A DNA stretch of 62,832 bases, filler included. It is 5 parts of 5 records of this genome, joined end to end, with 100 filler letters (N's around TTAATTAATTAA, not from the genome) between each part and the next. Parts side by side here need not be neighbours in the genome. Positions count along the whole stretch, not along the records: positions 28,512 to 43,263 come from DRR378314_2044; positions 43,364 to 56,011 come from DRR378314_2053; 3 more parts are not named here. One strand, 5' to 3'. Below, one piece after another: positions 40,401-51,890 of the stretch (within the stretch, counting starts at the first letter, position 1; every line of letters begins with the position of its first letter). The notes under the pieces were generated by a model. It did not search any database and was not told where the DNA came from. It worked only from the letters and a program-made list of their open reading frames with translations. The translations under genes and the position numbers were made by a program.

Positions 40401-42898
40401 GGTTCATCTGCTTCCTGCCAAGGTCCGCCAAGTCGCTCCTTTTCCTGCGTTGTCTCGATGGAACTGTGTAGTCCTGCGCTCGCAGAAAACTGCGGTACGC
40501 CCGATTCATCGATCGTGCCAGATACCATGTCCGTTTGTTCGCCTGGTAAATCTGGCAGCGCGACCATGTCGGCATACCCGGTGGTGGGCGCATATCCGGC
40601 GCTTGGACGCTGCGTTCCTTCGACCTCCGTGCCACCGTCGGAAGCGGCTGCGCCTTGAGCTTTGAGCGGATAAGCAATAAACAGCGCATGCGTTCCATTT
40701 CGTTACACAGAGGTTTGTAACGCATCGTCGGAAAGGCAAGTCAGTAGGGGGGATGAATTTTTCAGCATTTTTTTAACTCTCACTGTCTTCATGCCCGTAC
40801 ACGTGCCATCCTGTGAAAGTTGAAGAGCCAAGGTGCCTCTTGCGAGGGCCTCGCACTTTTGCCGTGCGCAAGCCCAGCGTCGCTCTACTTGCAGGGCCTT
40901 GCGCAACGCCAAGGCAGCTCAGGGCACCTAATCCCTCTCCACATTTGTATATACAGCAATAGATTAATGCAAGGGTGGAATAATATTCTTCAAAACCCAC
41001 TTGGCTTGGGCGTAGGGAAGAGCGCGGTGCTCTAAAGCGCAAGGGGTTAGTTTCCCGCCGCGGAGTACGCGTCCCCCGTTGCAGGAGCTTTTTGTCACCA
41101 TGCGCCAAGCAGTCTTGCTACCAGCCCCATTCTTCCCCACCTTGTTGGCGAATAAGAACAAGAAGAAAAATTTCATTCATCAAACTGAAATTGTAGCACT
41201 ATTGGGAACACTCGATTCGACACACCATTCGGAGAGGTTGCAAGCGAGTTCTAGTCGAGAGGACACGGTTGTGCACGATGACTAGCACGAGGAGGCGAAG
41301 ACGCCCGCCGCAATGCGCGCTTTGTCGGTTGTGAAGGACGTACTTTTGTTTGGCGTTAGACCCAATGAAGTATCAGTTTCATCATTGCGATAGGTGCCGC
41401 TTATTAGCTGTAGGAGCTGTGACTCTGGTATACTCTCATCACATTGTACAGTAACGTGGCCTTCGTCAGGGAGAGACTGGAGCGGGCGCTGCGCTTTCAC
41501 AACCGGGCGCGGATCGACACCGTCGAGGTGCGCGTTGATGGCCTGTTCATCTGCACTCGAAATGTACAGACACACACATGCCAAAGCTCAGTGTCAGGTA
41601 CGCGAGGCAAGTATATGACTTAGATGCAAAACAGAGAAAGGAATGCAATGTCGCGAATAGTTTTAGGGGTATTGCACACTATAGCGTTGGCCTTTTAACG
41701 TTTCCGCTGACAGGAGTCAGCACCTCTGCGCCAATTCGCTTTTCCTCGCAATAATGGGCAAGCTGCTACAGCGACGAGTGATATCTCCGCCAAAACTTGC
41801 GTGTCCTCTCTCTTTCGCTCCCGTCTCGGTTCTACAAAGCACCCTAACTAAATTCGAAAGATGGTGCAAGACCTTTTTCGAGGTCAGCTGGTGCGAAAGA
41901 TTTTTCCCGAGAGTCTACCATGGATAGCGCGCCCCCGGAGGCGAGCTTTTGTCACTGTATGCCTGCTACTCGTCCTCCACGAGTCGCGTACGTTGTAGCG
42001 TGACGAACTACCAGATAGAGTGTATGCTGTCTACATCGTGAGATAGGAAAAATGCACACAAATGTTTTCACAGAATAGAGAAAGTATGAAGCCTGCTTGG
42101 ACAGTATTTGCTGTGACCTGCGCTTGGGAATACAGCACACCCACTCGCCGTAGCGCACCATGGGCACCGCCGTCGTTGTCACTCACGAGGATGGATCGCG
42201 CGATTCCTGCAGATATCGCGCAAAAACAGCGTAGCATAGGCACCAGAAAATTCTTATGTCATACGCCTCTACAAACTTTGTACTGTAGCCCAGTTTTTCT
42301 ATAGTGCAATGAATTTCAACAAGGTGTCTTTGGATTCGTCAAACGTGTCCGTAGGCGTATGTGTACTTGCTTTGAGTGCCCCGCGAAATCGAGCAGCTCC
42401 GGCCACCAACGTAGCGAGAAGGACGTAGGTACAAGCATTCGGACAAGCAACAATTAAACAGCTGGATCTTTACACTTTCTCTTAGAATTGAGGGTTTGCA
42501 CGAGTGCATTCGGTGCAGAAGACCAATTATGACAATCAGATAGTAGAAAGCGCATAATGATTCTTCTTGGCCATGCCGCCCTTGCGATTCTGTCACGCAG
42601 GGGTCAACGACAAGCGTAGAGCTGCCACGTTGGCGCAAGTTGCGAGTGGCGCTCCCTCGTCGAGGTTTTGAACGCCTGCTTCTGCTAATTCTACAGTCTG
42701 TACGTGCATGCAAAGATGCACTATGCATGTGCGCATGATCATTGATCTCGAACGTTGTGTCGTCTGCGCTTTTCTAGGCGCCAGGAGCTAACGCTGCGTT
42801 CTGCTCGGAATATCCGCCAGCATGTGCTTCGTACCATAGCCGGCGTCCTCTGTATCACTTTCCGAGGATGATGAGTATGAAGTTGCCGTAGACCCCAT
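37412..42898 (-). CDS. Spliced ELMO/CED-12 domain protein (ELMOD3-like Arf/Arl GAP) with long low-complexity N-terminus
   Basis: Well-supported exons 40659-39136 (5' edge tentative), 38843-38662, 38292-38138 and 37571-37412 give RGPHWEKVGFQGNDPATDLRDLGLLGL...DH|DFPLALVSINLS...HEW|KARSLTIIDF. Tentative 5' exons 42898-42835 and 41550-41344 are phase-compatible. Confidence 0.85.
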
Positions 42899-43263
42899 CC
42901 GATTCAATCTTTTAGGGATAAAATAATGCACGAGAAAGAAATATAGTGAACGACGTCGATACAAAAGGAAAGGTTTGTTTGTAAGCGCCTGATTCGCGAC
43001 GCAGGCGGTTAGATTTTCGTTCATCTGTGCTCGCGCGTCGAAAGGCGGCCGCCGCTGTGGGTGCTCCTTCACGGTTTACAAAGTGTGGTTTCATGTTTTA
43101 CTTCCGCCAACCGTGCTCGCATTGCGATTTGATTAGGCTGAAATTAAAGTCGCTTTAGTTTTGGTTTTGGTCATGTATTTACTGCTTGACTATCCCCCAC
43201 ACTTTCACGTTTACATGCAATCGTGTGACCATTGAGAAGTCTGCAGCCGGGAGACGTCAGTTT

Positions 43264-43363
43264 NNNNNNNNNNNNNNNNNNNNNNNNNNNNNNNNNNNNN
43301 NNNNNNNTTAATTAATTAANNNNNNNNNNNNNNNNNNNNNNNNNNNNNNNNNNNNNNNNNNNN
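43264..43363. other. Artificial contig spacer
   Basis: N44-TTAATTAATTAA-N44. Confidence 0.99.
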
Positions 43364-46300
43364 GGCATCCGCGAGATTCGGCTGGATGGCAAATGTCACA
43401 TTGCTGTGCAGCGAGAGCGTGTCTGCGAGCTCATGCTCGAGGATCGGCTCGGCAACTTCACCAGCAGTCAACATCTCGGCGCCGTAGACCGACGCCACAA
43501 GCGCCTCTGCCCCACCCTGCGCGTCCGCTTGCGACGATCCGCCCGCAGCACCTCCCGGCGCCATACCAAGGCGGCCGGCGCGCTCCAGAATGCGGTCCAC
43601 GACAGCGCGAATATTCACCGTGTCCATATCCGAGTCGCCGACCGAGACGAACTGCCCCACGATCCCGTTCAGATACACCATTGGGAAGACACCGCGAGTC
43701 GACTTGCCCGGCACATACGCGACATTTTTCGCTCGGCAGCGCTCCCAGAATGTCTCAATCGAGAGCGACGCAGGCGGCTTGTGCTTCCAGCACAGCCAGC
43801 GGCGCCCACGAGCGAAGCTGTGCACAAACAGCTTGGGGAAGTGGGCCCCATTGAACCGCCCAGTGTTGACATCCGTGAGGTATGGGCGCCCCTTCACGCT
43901 GAGGAAATCGAAACCGCCCGGGCCTCGCGGGGCGATCTGGCGGCAAATCGAGACGACCATGCGTTCGCACGCGCGTCCGAGCTTCTCTGGCGCCTGGCTC
44001 GGGCGCCAGCCGTCGTACTTGACACCGTTCATGATCTGGTCGACCGAGTCGCCGAACACGTCTTTTTCCACGTAGTGGAACGCCGGCGACAGCACGATCC
44101 CGTCGTCAGCGCGATCAAGATCGAGCATCTCCTCGAGAATGACTTCGCCCCACGAAAACGTGTATAGCTTGAGCTCCTCGACGGACGAGCAGAATTCGAT
44201 GCCTTCTCCTGCGGCGCCGAAAATCGGCTTCACAACAACGCGCTTTGAGCCCATCACGTGATACGCCTCGAGGAGATCGGCCATATTGGAGCACACAAAG
44301 CCGCGCGGCACACTGATACGCCCTGCGCCGATGCGCTCCAGGAGGGCTGGCTCGTCAGGCCGCCGGACATGACGGTGCAGAATCCCCTTGTGGCCGTACT
44401 TCGTCACCCAGTCCGCGTCGTCGCCGACAATGCGCACGCCGAGGGCGCGCAGGCGCGAGGACCAGTCCATCAGCCTTTCGGTGACCGTGTACGGTACGAG
44501 CACAAACTCCGAGGGCGGCTTACCAGACTCCTGGATAAAGCCAAGAATCCGATTCACAACATCGTCGTCGATCTCCGTGTCCATCGACAGCTCACGCCCG
44601 CCGGGAGTGAAAATGACCTGGCTCTCTTCCAGGCCAAACTCGCGCTGGTAAAACGACACCATCGAGCGGCCTTCTGAGAGCTCGCCGGGCAGAATCACAA
44701 TGTCGCGCCCCGGGCGAACCAGGCACAGCGACCGGTACGCGAGGTTGATACGCTGCGAGTAGCGCCGGTACTCGGGGCGCGTTGCCTGTACAACGATGCG
44801 GTTGAGGCTTTCCTCGAAGAACGACGCGACCCGCGTGGTCGGCGCGGGCGCCGGTTCGCGCACGGCATCTGCGGCGGCCACTCGCAGCCGCTCCGTGTGC
44901 GCGCGGTCGTCACCGACAATTGCGAGCGCCGCCGCGCCCTGGCGGCGGAACGCCAGAGGGAACACACCAGCATGCGACTGTCCTGGAGTAAGCGCGATTT
45001 CCTGGTCCGCCAGGCGCTGCCAGAGCGTCCACACATCCACTGTGCGATGAGGGACGGCATACAACACCATCACATGCGCATCATCCGGCACATACTGCTC
45101 GCAGAACAGCTGCGCCATGATGAGAGGCGTGAGCCTTCCGGCGCGCACCCCGAGAACAACAGGCACGCCATCGTGCACATTGAACACCACCGATCCCATG
45201 CCCGACGGGCGCATGCGCTGCAAGAGCGCTTCGACGAGGCGGCAGATACGCGTATTCACCTCGTCCCCGAGTTCGGCGCGGCGAGCGCCGATGCTTACAC
45301 CACCCAAGCGAATGATTTGCATTGCATCGTCACCCACCACTTCCTTGCGCGAAAACGCCACTTCGCACGTGAGCGGGAGACCATCGTCACTCATGCTGCA
45401 AGGAGGCTCAAGCATGAGCAGCGCATCGCCGAACGGGAAGTCGTACAGACGCAGCTGCTCAATGCTCTCTACATCCACGGTGACGAGGGCGTGCGGTGCA
45501 TGCACGGGCACGATGCGTACGCGCTGCGTCTTCTTCGCGCCAAGTTTTTCGGCCGCTTTGACGAGGTCATCGCGCGTCGAGCACACGAAGGCGTCTGCCA
45601 GCTTGCAGCCGTGCGCTGCGGCGTCGCACGCAACCGCAGCGGCGCGGCCATTGATATGCGGGAACAGCACGCCAAAGTGGCACTGCTCGCGGACCCAGGC
45701 CTCGAGGTCACCGGCAGAGCGCGCGTTTCCGCGCACAACAGGGTCCATCCACGCGAGGAATGGCTCGTCAAGACTCGAGGGCACAAGCAGCAGGTGCTCG
45801 GCACCAAGCTCCTGCAACGCGGTCAGTGTCGCGCATCCCGGGCGCCCTTCGGCAGGGACCACCGCGAGCGCGGGCTGCTCGCTGCCCCCGGGCGAAGGAG
45901 GACGCGAGCGCGCGCTCTCGGCAGCGTACTCGCTCAACACTTCGTCGACGTCTTCGAAGATCGCCTGTTCGGCATCGAGGCCGAGGACAGAGCGACAGAA
46001 CTCCCAGAACTCGAAGGTTTGCGGATCGTGTGCGGGGAGGACAACGATATCTTCGCCCGGTCGAAGCAGCGAGGCTGGCATAACGGGAAGGAGATTGTTT
46101 GCCAAGCGATCACTCGCGTCGCTCGCTGTCGCGCCGGTCGGCGATGTCAGGCACCACACGCGGCGCCGCTGCTGGCGTTTCATGACAGAGCCGCGGCTGA
46201 AGTGGGACAGAGGCTGCGCAATGGTGTTTTTCGTCTGCCGCTGCACGACCCGCTGCGCTGTGCGCTGAAGGTGCAATACATTCTCACGAGACGATCCGAC

Positions 46301-49300
46301 GGCCAGCAACAGCGCCGATGACCCGAAGTCGAAGGCAAGCGGGAACACGCCAATGCCACCTTTCTCGCCCACGCCCTCGAAGGCAACGTCGCGTTGCATG
46401 AGACGCTTCCAAATGCCAAAGATTTCCACGTTGCGCGCCGGCTCGGTGGCCCACAGCATCCACGCTTCCGGTGCAGCGTCTGCCTGGCCGCGGAGGCGAT
46501 CAAAGGCGAGCATAACCAGCGCAAGCAACGGCATGCGGCCGAGCTGCACGTCGGCGAGGAGCGGCCCGCCCGTCGCGCCGAAGCCGTCACCATCGACCGC
46601 TGTTCCGGGCAAAATGAACGTCAGCATGCCCGGCCCGCTCGGCCTGAGACGGCGCAGTGTGTTACGTGCAGCTTCCGTGATGCGTTCGCGCGCAGCGCTG
46701 TCAAGATTTTCAGCGCTTTCGTAGCACAGCGCCGCGGTGGCCGATCCACTGCGGTCAAATGCGTACACAGGGAGCACGTTGCTGCCGTGAAATGCGACGA
46801 GCAGGCGCGCGCCGCTGCACTGCGGGGCGATCACAGACGTGCCGTATGCACGGATGAGCGCCTCGGCATCCGCGGCGGACGTCACTGTCGCTGCGAGTCC
46901 GCCAGAGGCGCGACGGACCTCGAACGTCACTTCCCCGCTGCCATCGCCTGCGGCGAGCGACTTCATCGCCGCCGCCGCGTCGTCGGCGCGCTGCACGGTG
47001 TACCCCGGCAGGCACTGCACGCGCGCCTTGCGAAAGAAGGATCCCTCGGACGTGACTGGCCACGACGGAAAGAGGATCGATCGCTTTCCGTACCGGCCGA
47101 TCCATTCGTCGCTGTCGCCAAACATTCCCACGTTGGGAAACGCAAAGTTGTTCAGCCACGAGCGCTCTGCGGCGGAGGCCTCGATAGGGATGAGCACGAT
47201 CTCGCCTGTCGTGTTCGACAGGCGCTGCGCGAGCCGCTCGCGCAGAAACGCGTCGTCGGTCGCATCCGAGTCGCCGTACCACAGCACGTCGTCCTCTGTG
47301 ACACCTTCAGCCGTCTGCACAAACTCGGCGAACCGCTCTGTGCTTGCCTGCGCCGGAAGGACGCAAATGTCGCGCTGTGGGCGCGCTGCCGCGAGAATCG
47401 CGCAGATTGTCTGCGTGCTTGCTCCGTCTCCCGCGAACCACACGCGCCGGGCGTCCGCATGGTCGAGCGTCACAGCGGGGATCTCGCCGGCGCTGGCGCC
47501 ATCCTGCACGAGCGCCTCTGTTGTGGCACGCAGTGCCTCGAGCTCGGCCTCGGTGGGCGCGGCAAGCAGGCAGTGCATGCCGACGGCGCCGGGCACAAAG
47601 CACGTCGGCAGCACGCCGCGAACTGGCGCGGTCGACTCCGGTGAGAGCGCAGTGAGATCGAGATCGGAATCTGCATCCTGCAGCCGCTGCCACAGTGTCC
47701 ATACGCTCAAATCCTGCGCACACGGAAGACGGCACGCCGACCAGAGAGTCCGGCTTTCGCTGCTGCGCACCATTTGGTCGGCGCGAGAGATCGCCGCAGC
47801 AACGACGTGCGCGCGCGTGACCCCGGAGAAATAGCGATACAGGGTGGGCATCCCGTCCACAAAGACAAACTCAAACGTCGTAAAGCTGCGTGGAGCGAGT
47901 TTGTGTAGCATTGAGGCGACGAGTTCGAGGGTTTTCTCGTGCACGCCCACGTTGGCGACCTCGCGCCAAATCACAGGGCGGCCGCCAAGCGAAACGTGCG
48001 AGAGAATCGGCTCCAGCACGTCTGTGCCAACGCAAGGAACCGAAACGCGAACCGTGAGACCGGCTTCATCCCGGTCCCAGTCGCGCTCTTCGCGCGCAAT
48101 GATCGGGCCCATTGGAAAATCGTAATTTTTGGCCTCTGCAAGACTTGTCAGCGTCACCTTCGCCGCAAAAGGATCGCGAACGGCGGTGATCGACAGCGTG
48201 CTGCTCTTGAGCACGCGCCACGCCACGGCAAGGTCCTTGACCGTCCGGCACTGAATGCCGCGCACGATCGACGACGGAGCGACACCAAGCTCAACCGCAC
48301 GAGTCGGGAGGTCCAGCTTAGCAGCAAGCGGGAACAGCCACGCCTCGGTGCGGTAGTTGCGGGCAAAGTCGTGCTCCTCCGTGAGCGCGTAGCACTCGAG
48401 TTCGTGAGCCAGCTCCGAGTACAGAGTGGTGTCGTCGCTCATGGGAACAATGACCATGGACGAGCAGTCGGCGCACACCGAGCGGATCGCATCGCGCGCG
48501 CGCGAGACAAACGCTGCCGGCGAGTGAAAGACATCGATAGAGCATAGGATGATACATTCACTATCGATGCCAATACCGAGTGTTTCGTGGAAAAATTGGA
48601 ACGAAGCAGCCAGCTCCTCGGGCAGCAAAATGCGGTCGTGCGACGAGAGCATGGGGAACGACCGCGCCACCCTTTCCCACCAGCGCCTCTTCAGCCCCTG
48701 CGCAAGCGAGCACAAGCAAGAACATCGAGCGCGGTAAGCGCCACGAGGAGGACGCACGTGTACATTTGGTCATATATCATTTTTGCATATACAGAATGGA
48801 GCTTCTATGCCGTAGAGTTTGCCCATCCTGCGAATGCGCAGCAGAGGTCAATCGAGCAGGACGCAGGAAGCGGGTCGATTGCTTGCTCACCGCGTTCCCA
48901 GAATGGAAACACGCGCTCACGCGACGAGGCGCTCTGCCCGTGCGCCCGCTCGGCGCCGCCACCCCGCTTTCCGGCGCCGTGGCACACCAAGCACCAGCGC
49001 GCGTTCGCTGTGGCCCCACGCTGCCCGCGTTTGCACAGCCGTGCACACGCAAAATAGGTGCTTATATCCGCCTACAAACAGATTATCCTTGCGTGAAATA
49101 CAGCAGCAAAATAAATAAATACGCAAATATGCTATTCAGCCGGAGTCGGCAGGTTTTCTTGAGGGGAGCGCTTGGCGAGAGGCGCAGAGGCGGGAACGCC
49201 GCGCACAGCGGTGGAAGTACGCCTGCTGCAAGGCAGTGGGCCAGCACGTCGTGCGCGAGCTTGCCTCGGCGAGCGCGCGTTCGCGCACGCCAGTCTTGCA

Positions 49301-49950
49301 CGCGCGAGCTGCAGCAGTGAGGGAGGCCACGCCTGTGCTTGCGTAACCCTTCAGAGCACAGTGACCCGGCAGCCTACACCCACGCCATGCGCGACTGCCG
49401 CTGCGGAACGAAAGTCCCCACAGCCACCCGCGCGTTCAAAGCGCGCCCGCCCATCGTAATGCCCACGCGATTATTACAGAGCAGAGGAACATCGGTATGC
49501 AGGGCACCTCCGCACACGGAAACAACGCCAACGGGGGCAAGGCACGTGCCCGTATGGCGCCCACGGCGCCGCGGGCTCCCGCGTGCGAGCGACGAGACGA
49601 CGGCTGGAGAAAAAAAGCACCAACCTCTCGCTCCCAGCACGTTCGCCTGCCCCTTCGCGCGTGAACACGCCAACGGCGAGCGCCGCGCGCAATTCCGGCA
49701 CCTCTTCTCCGTATCAAAACGCCCCCCTCCGCTGCGACGTCAAGCGCAAGACGGCGGCGCCGTGCAGTGCGTGCTGCTGGAGCTGCCGCCGTGTGCCCCC
49801 GCTTACCTCGCGACGAGACGCGAGCGCGTCCGACGGCGGTGGAATCCATAGCTTCTTCGCTGCGCGAAAGGCTTCGAGCGTCGCAGTGCCGCCGAGCAGC
49901 GGCTCCACCGGAAGGACGGTTTCGTCAGCTTGCTGCGAAGTCCCAGACAT
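43364..49950 (-). CDS. Protein of more than 1800 aa with four tandem ATP-grasp ligase-like modules (3' cut by contig end)
   Basis: Exon 48697-43364 is open throughout. Probable first exon 49950-49807 (GTAAGC donor, phase 0, CAG acceptor at 48698). Module 4 has PRGFVC, VVVKPIFGAAGEGI, ILEE, GPGGFDF and LTDVNTGRF; homologous blocks recur every ~1.3 kb. Confidence 0.85.
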
Positions 49951-51890
49951 TGCAGAAATTTCGATATCCGCGCGCTACTTGACACACTCACGGCCCGCAG
50001 AATAATGTGCAACCACGTTCGTCTGGAGCGACAGGGGGCCCCGGGAAGGTTTCGCAGCGCGGAGCTACGAACGGAAACCGAGTAGCAGCGGAATATCCCG
50101 GTGCTCCAACGCCAGAGCGAAGCGTGCCGACTGCACGGACCGATTCGCTGATCACCGCAGTGTCATGGTCCCGATGCAGACCGGCAGGCTGCACCTTGGC
50201 AGCAATTTCACGGGCGCTAGAGTTCCGCAATGTTCGAAATAGGGTTTTATGCCACATGATAATATGTTGAACAGGGGCTCCCCTGGACACTCGAGGCTGT
50301 TACTTGTGCAACTCCGCCGCTGCTCTGCGCTCAGCACGAACAGGCAGCTGTTCCATGTCTGGTGGGGCTATCAACTCGACTTGCGAGCAGCATTTCTGTC
50401 GCATTCGCTCTCCAAGTTTTGTTGGCCTTCGTGGTCAGAGGGAATCGTAACGGAACTTGGTGAGTGGGAGGCGCGACTTGCAGTGGCAGCGTTGCGAGCG
50501 CGCTTTGCGCAGTGCGTTGCCATGACCCACCACGGACCTGCCGCAGCAGCAAATCCGAAACGCGGTTAGCCATGTGCATGGCAGGGGGAAAGTTGATAGC
50601 CCCAAGCAGCGTGCGTGCCGCCCGTTTTGCCCGTTGAGTACGCACGTGCCAACGCGCTGCTCTTGTGAGGCGCGTTAGAACGTACTCTGCTACGATACGG
50701 AACGGCTTTTTTCGTCAGAGCGAGTGTGCGAATAATACAGAAAAATTAGAAACGCGAATACTGAGGCTTTGCAAGTTGACTCTAAATGCACTATGGTCTC
50801 GGAAAGGCGGGACGAGCGAGCGCACAGGAGCGCACAGAGCTTCCTAGGCAGACTTGGGCGGCGGCCAGCAGACGGAGCAACAACAGCCTCCGCTCGTTGC
50901 AAAACGCGATTCCAGCGCTCCCAGCGTCAGGCATGATGTTTCCCTCAGGTGGTAATGTGAACAATCCATTCATTCAATGATACGCAGGTCTGTATCATAT
51001 CGCTTCTCATAGCTACCGTAATGGTTGGCCTTGCAAGCACAGCGGTCCACACGCGCTGTCGGTGCCTTGGACACCGGCGTCGTGGCGCGGTCCAAACGCC
51101 GGCACTGTAGTCAGCTGAACCTGCGCAGCATGCGGATTGACCGTGTGGCCCGCAAAGACTGGAGAGGACCGTTTCCATTTTGGGATCGCCCTTGTGCAAG
51201 GCTTGAGAGGACTATCCCTCCGATCGTCAAGCAAGCGCGACGCGAAAGGCCCGTGGAGACCTCCTTGGCTTCACAATGTCACGCCTTCACGGAAAGAGAT
51301 GCGCCTGCCTTGCCGACAATACAGAATGACATAATGCTTGTAAACAGTTGCATTGCAGCTTGGCGCAATGAAGCAAACAAACTGAAATAAGGTAAATCCT
51401 CCCCCTTTGACGCTGCCGCGCTTGCACAGGCTGCAGTGGCAAGGCCCGCACTGCGCGTTTGGGGCTGCGCAATCGCGCTTCTTGGCTGTTCTCCCTCTGA
51501 AGTCACGCAGCTCACTGCAACGCACTCCGCGAGTGCTCAATAACATACAATCAAACCAAACGATCATTTATTAGTAATATTTTGTAGTTCGGTTTGGCTT
51601 GGCGTCTACTGAGTATCCAGCGGAAGTTTGAGAAGTACTGTACTCTGCTCTTGCAGTTTTGCGGAAACGCGAACGATGTCGCGCGTGAAATCCATGCCGC
51701 CTGGGCGTGCTTCAGCATTCATCGAACCAACACAGAGAGCTGCTACACAACGCTTCACTCCTCCAGTATTCATCGCGGAGAAAGGGAGGTGCTATCCAGT
51801 ACCATGCATCCTGTATCTGGTCCAGAATTCTCGCAAATCTCATGCTGAACGTCTGACCAGCAGTTGCTCGCGTATAGGCGATCGTGCTGG

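Noticed and set aside
44897-47834. Plus-strand ORFs of 331-474 aa opposite the ATP-grasp gene
   Set aside because: Antisense shadows with biased R/A/S composition.
48755-48826. Short ATG exon with an in-frame TGA upstream of the ATP-grasp exon (readthrough or selenocysteine idea)
   Set aside because: The 49950-49807 exon has a stronger donor, the right phase and restores the repeat motif; no SECIS evidence.
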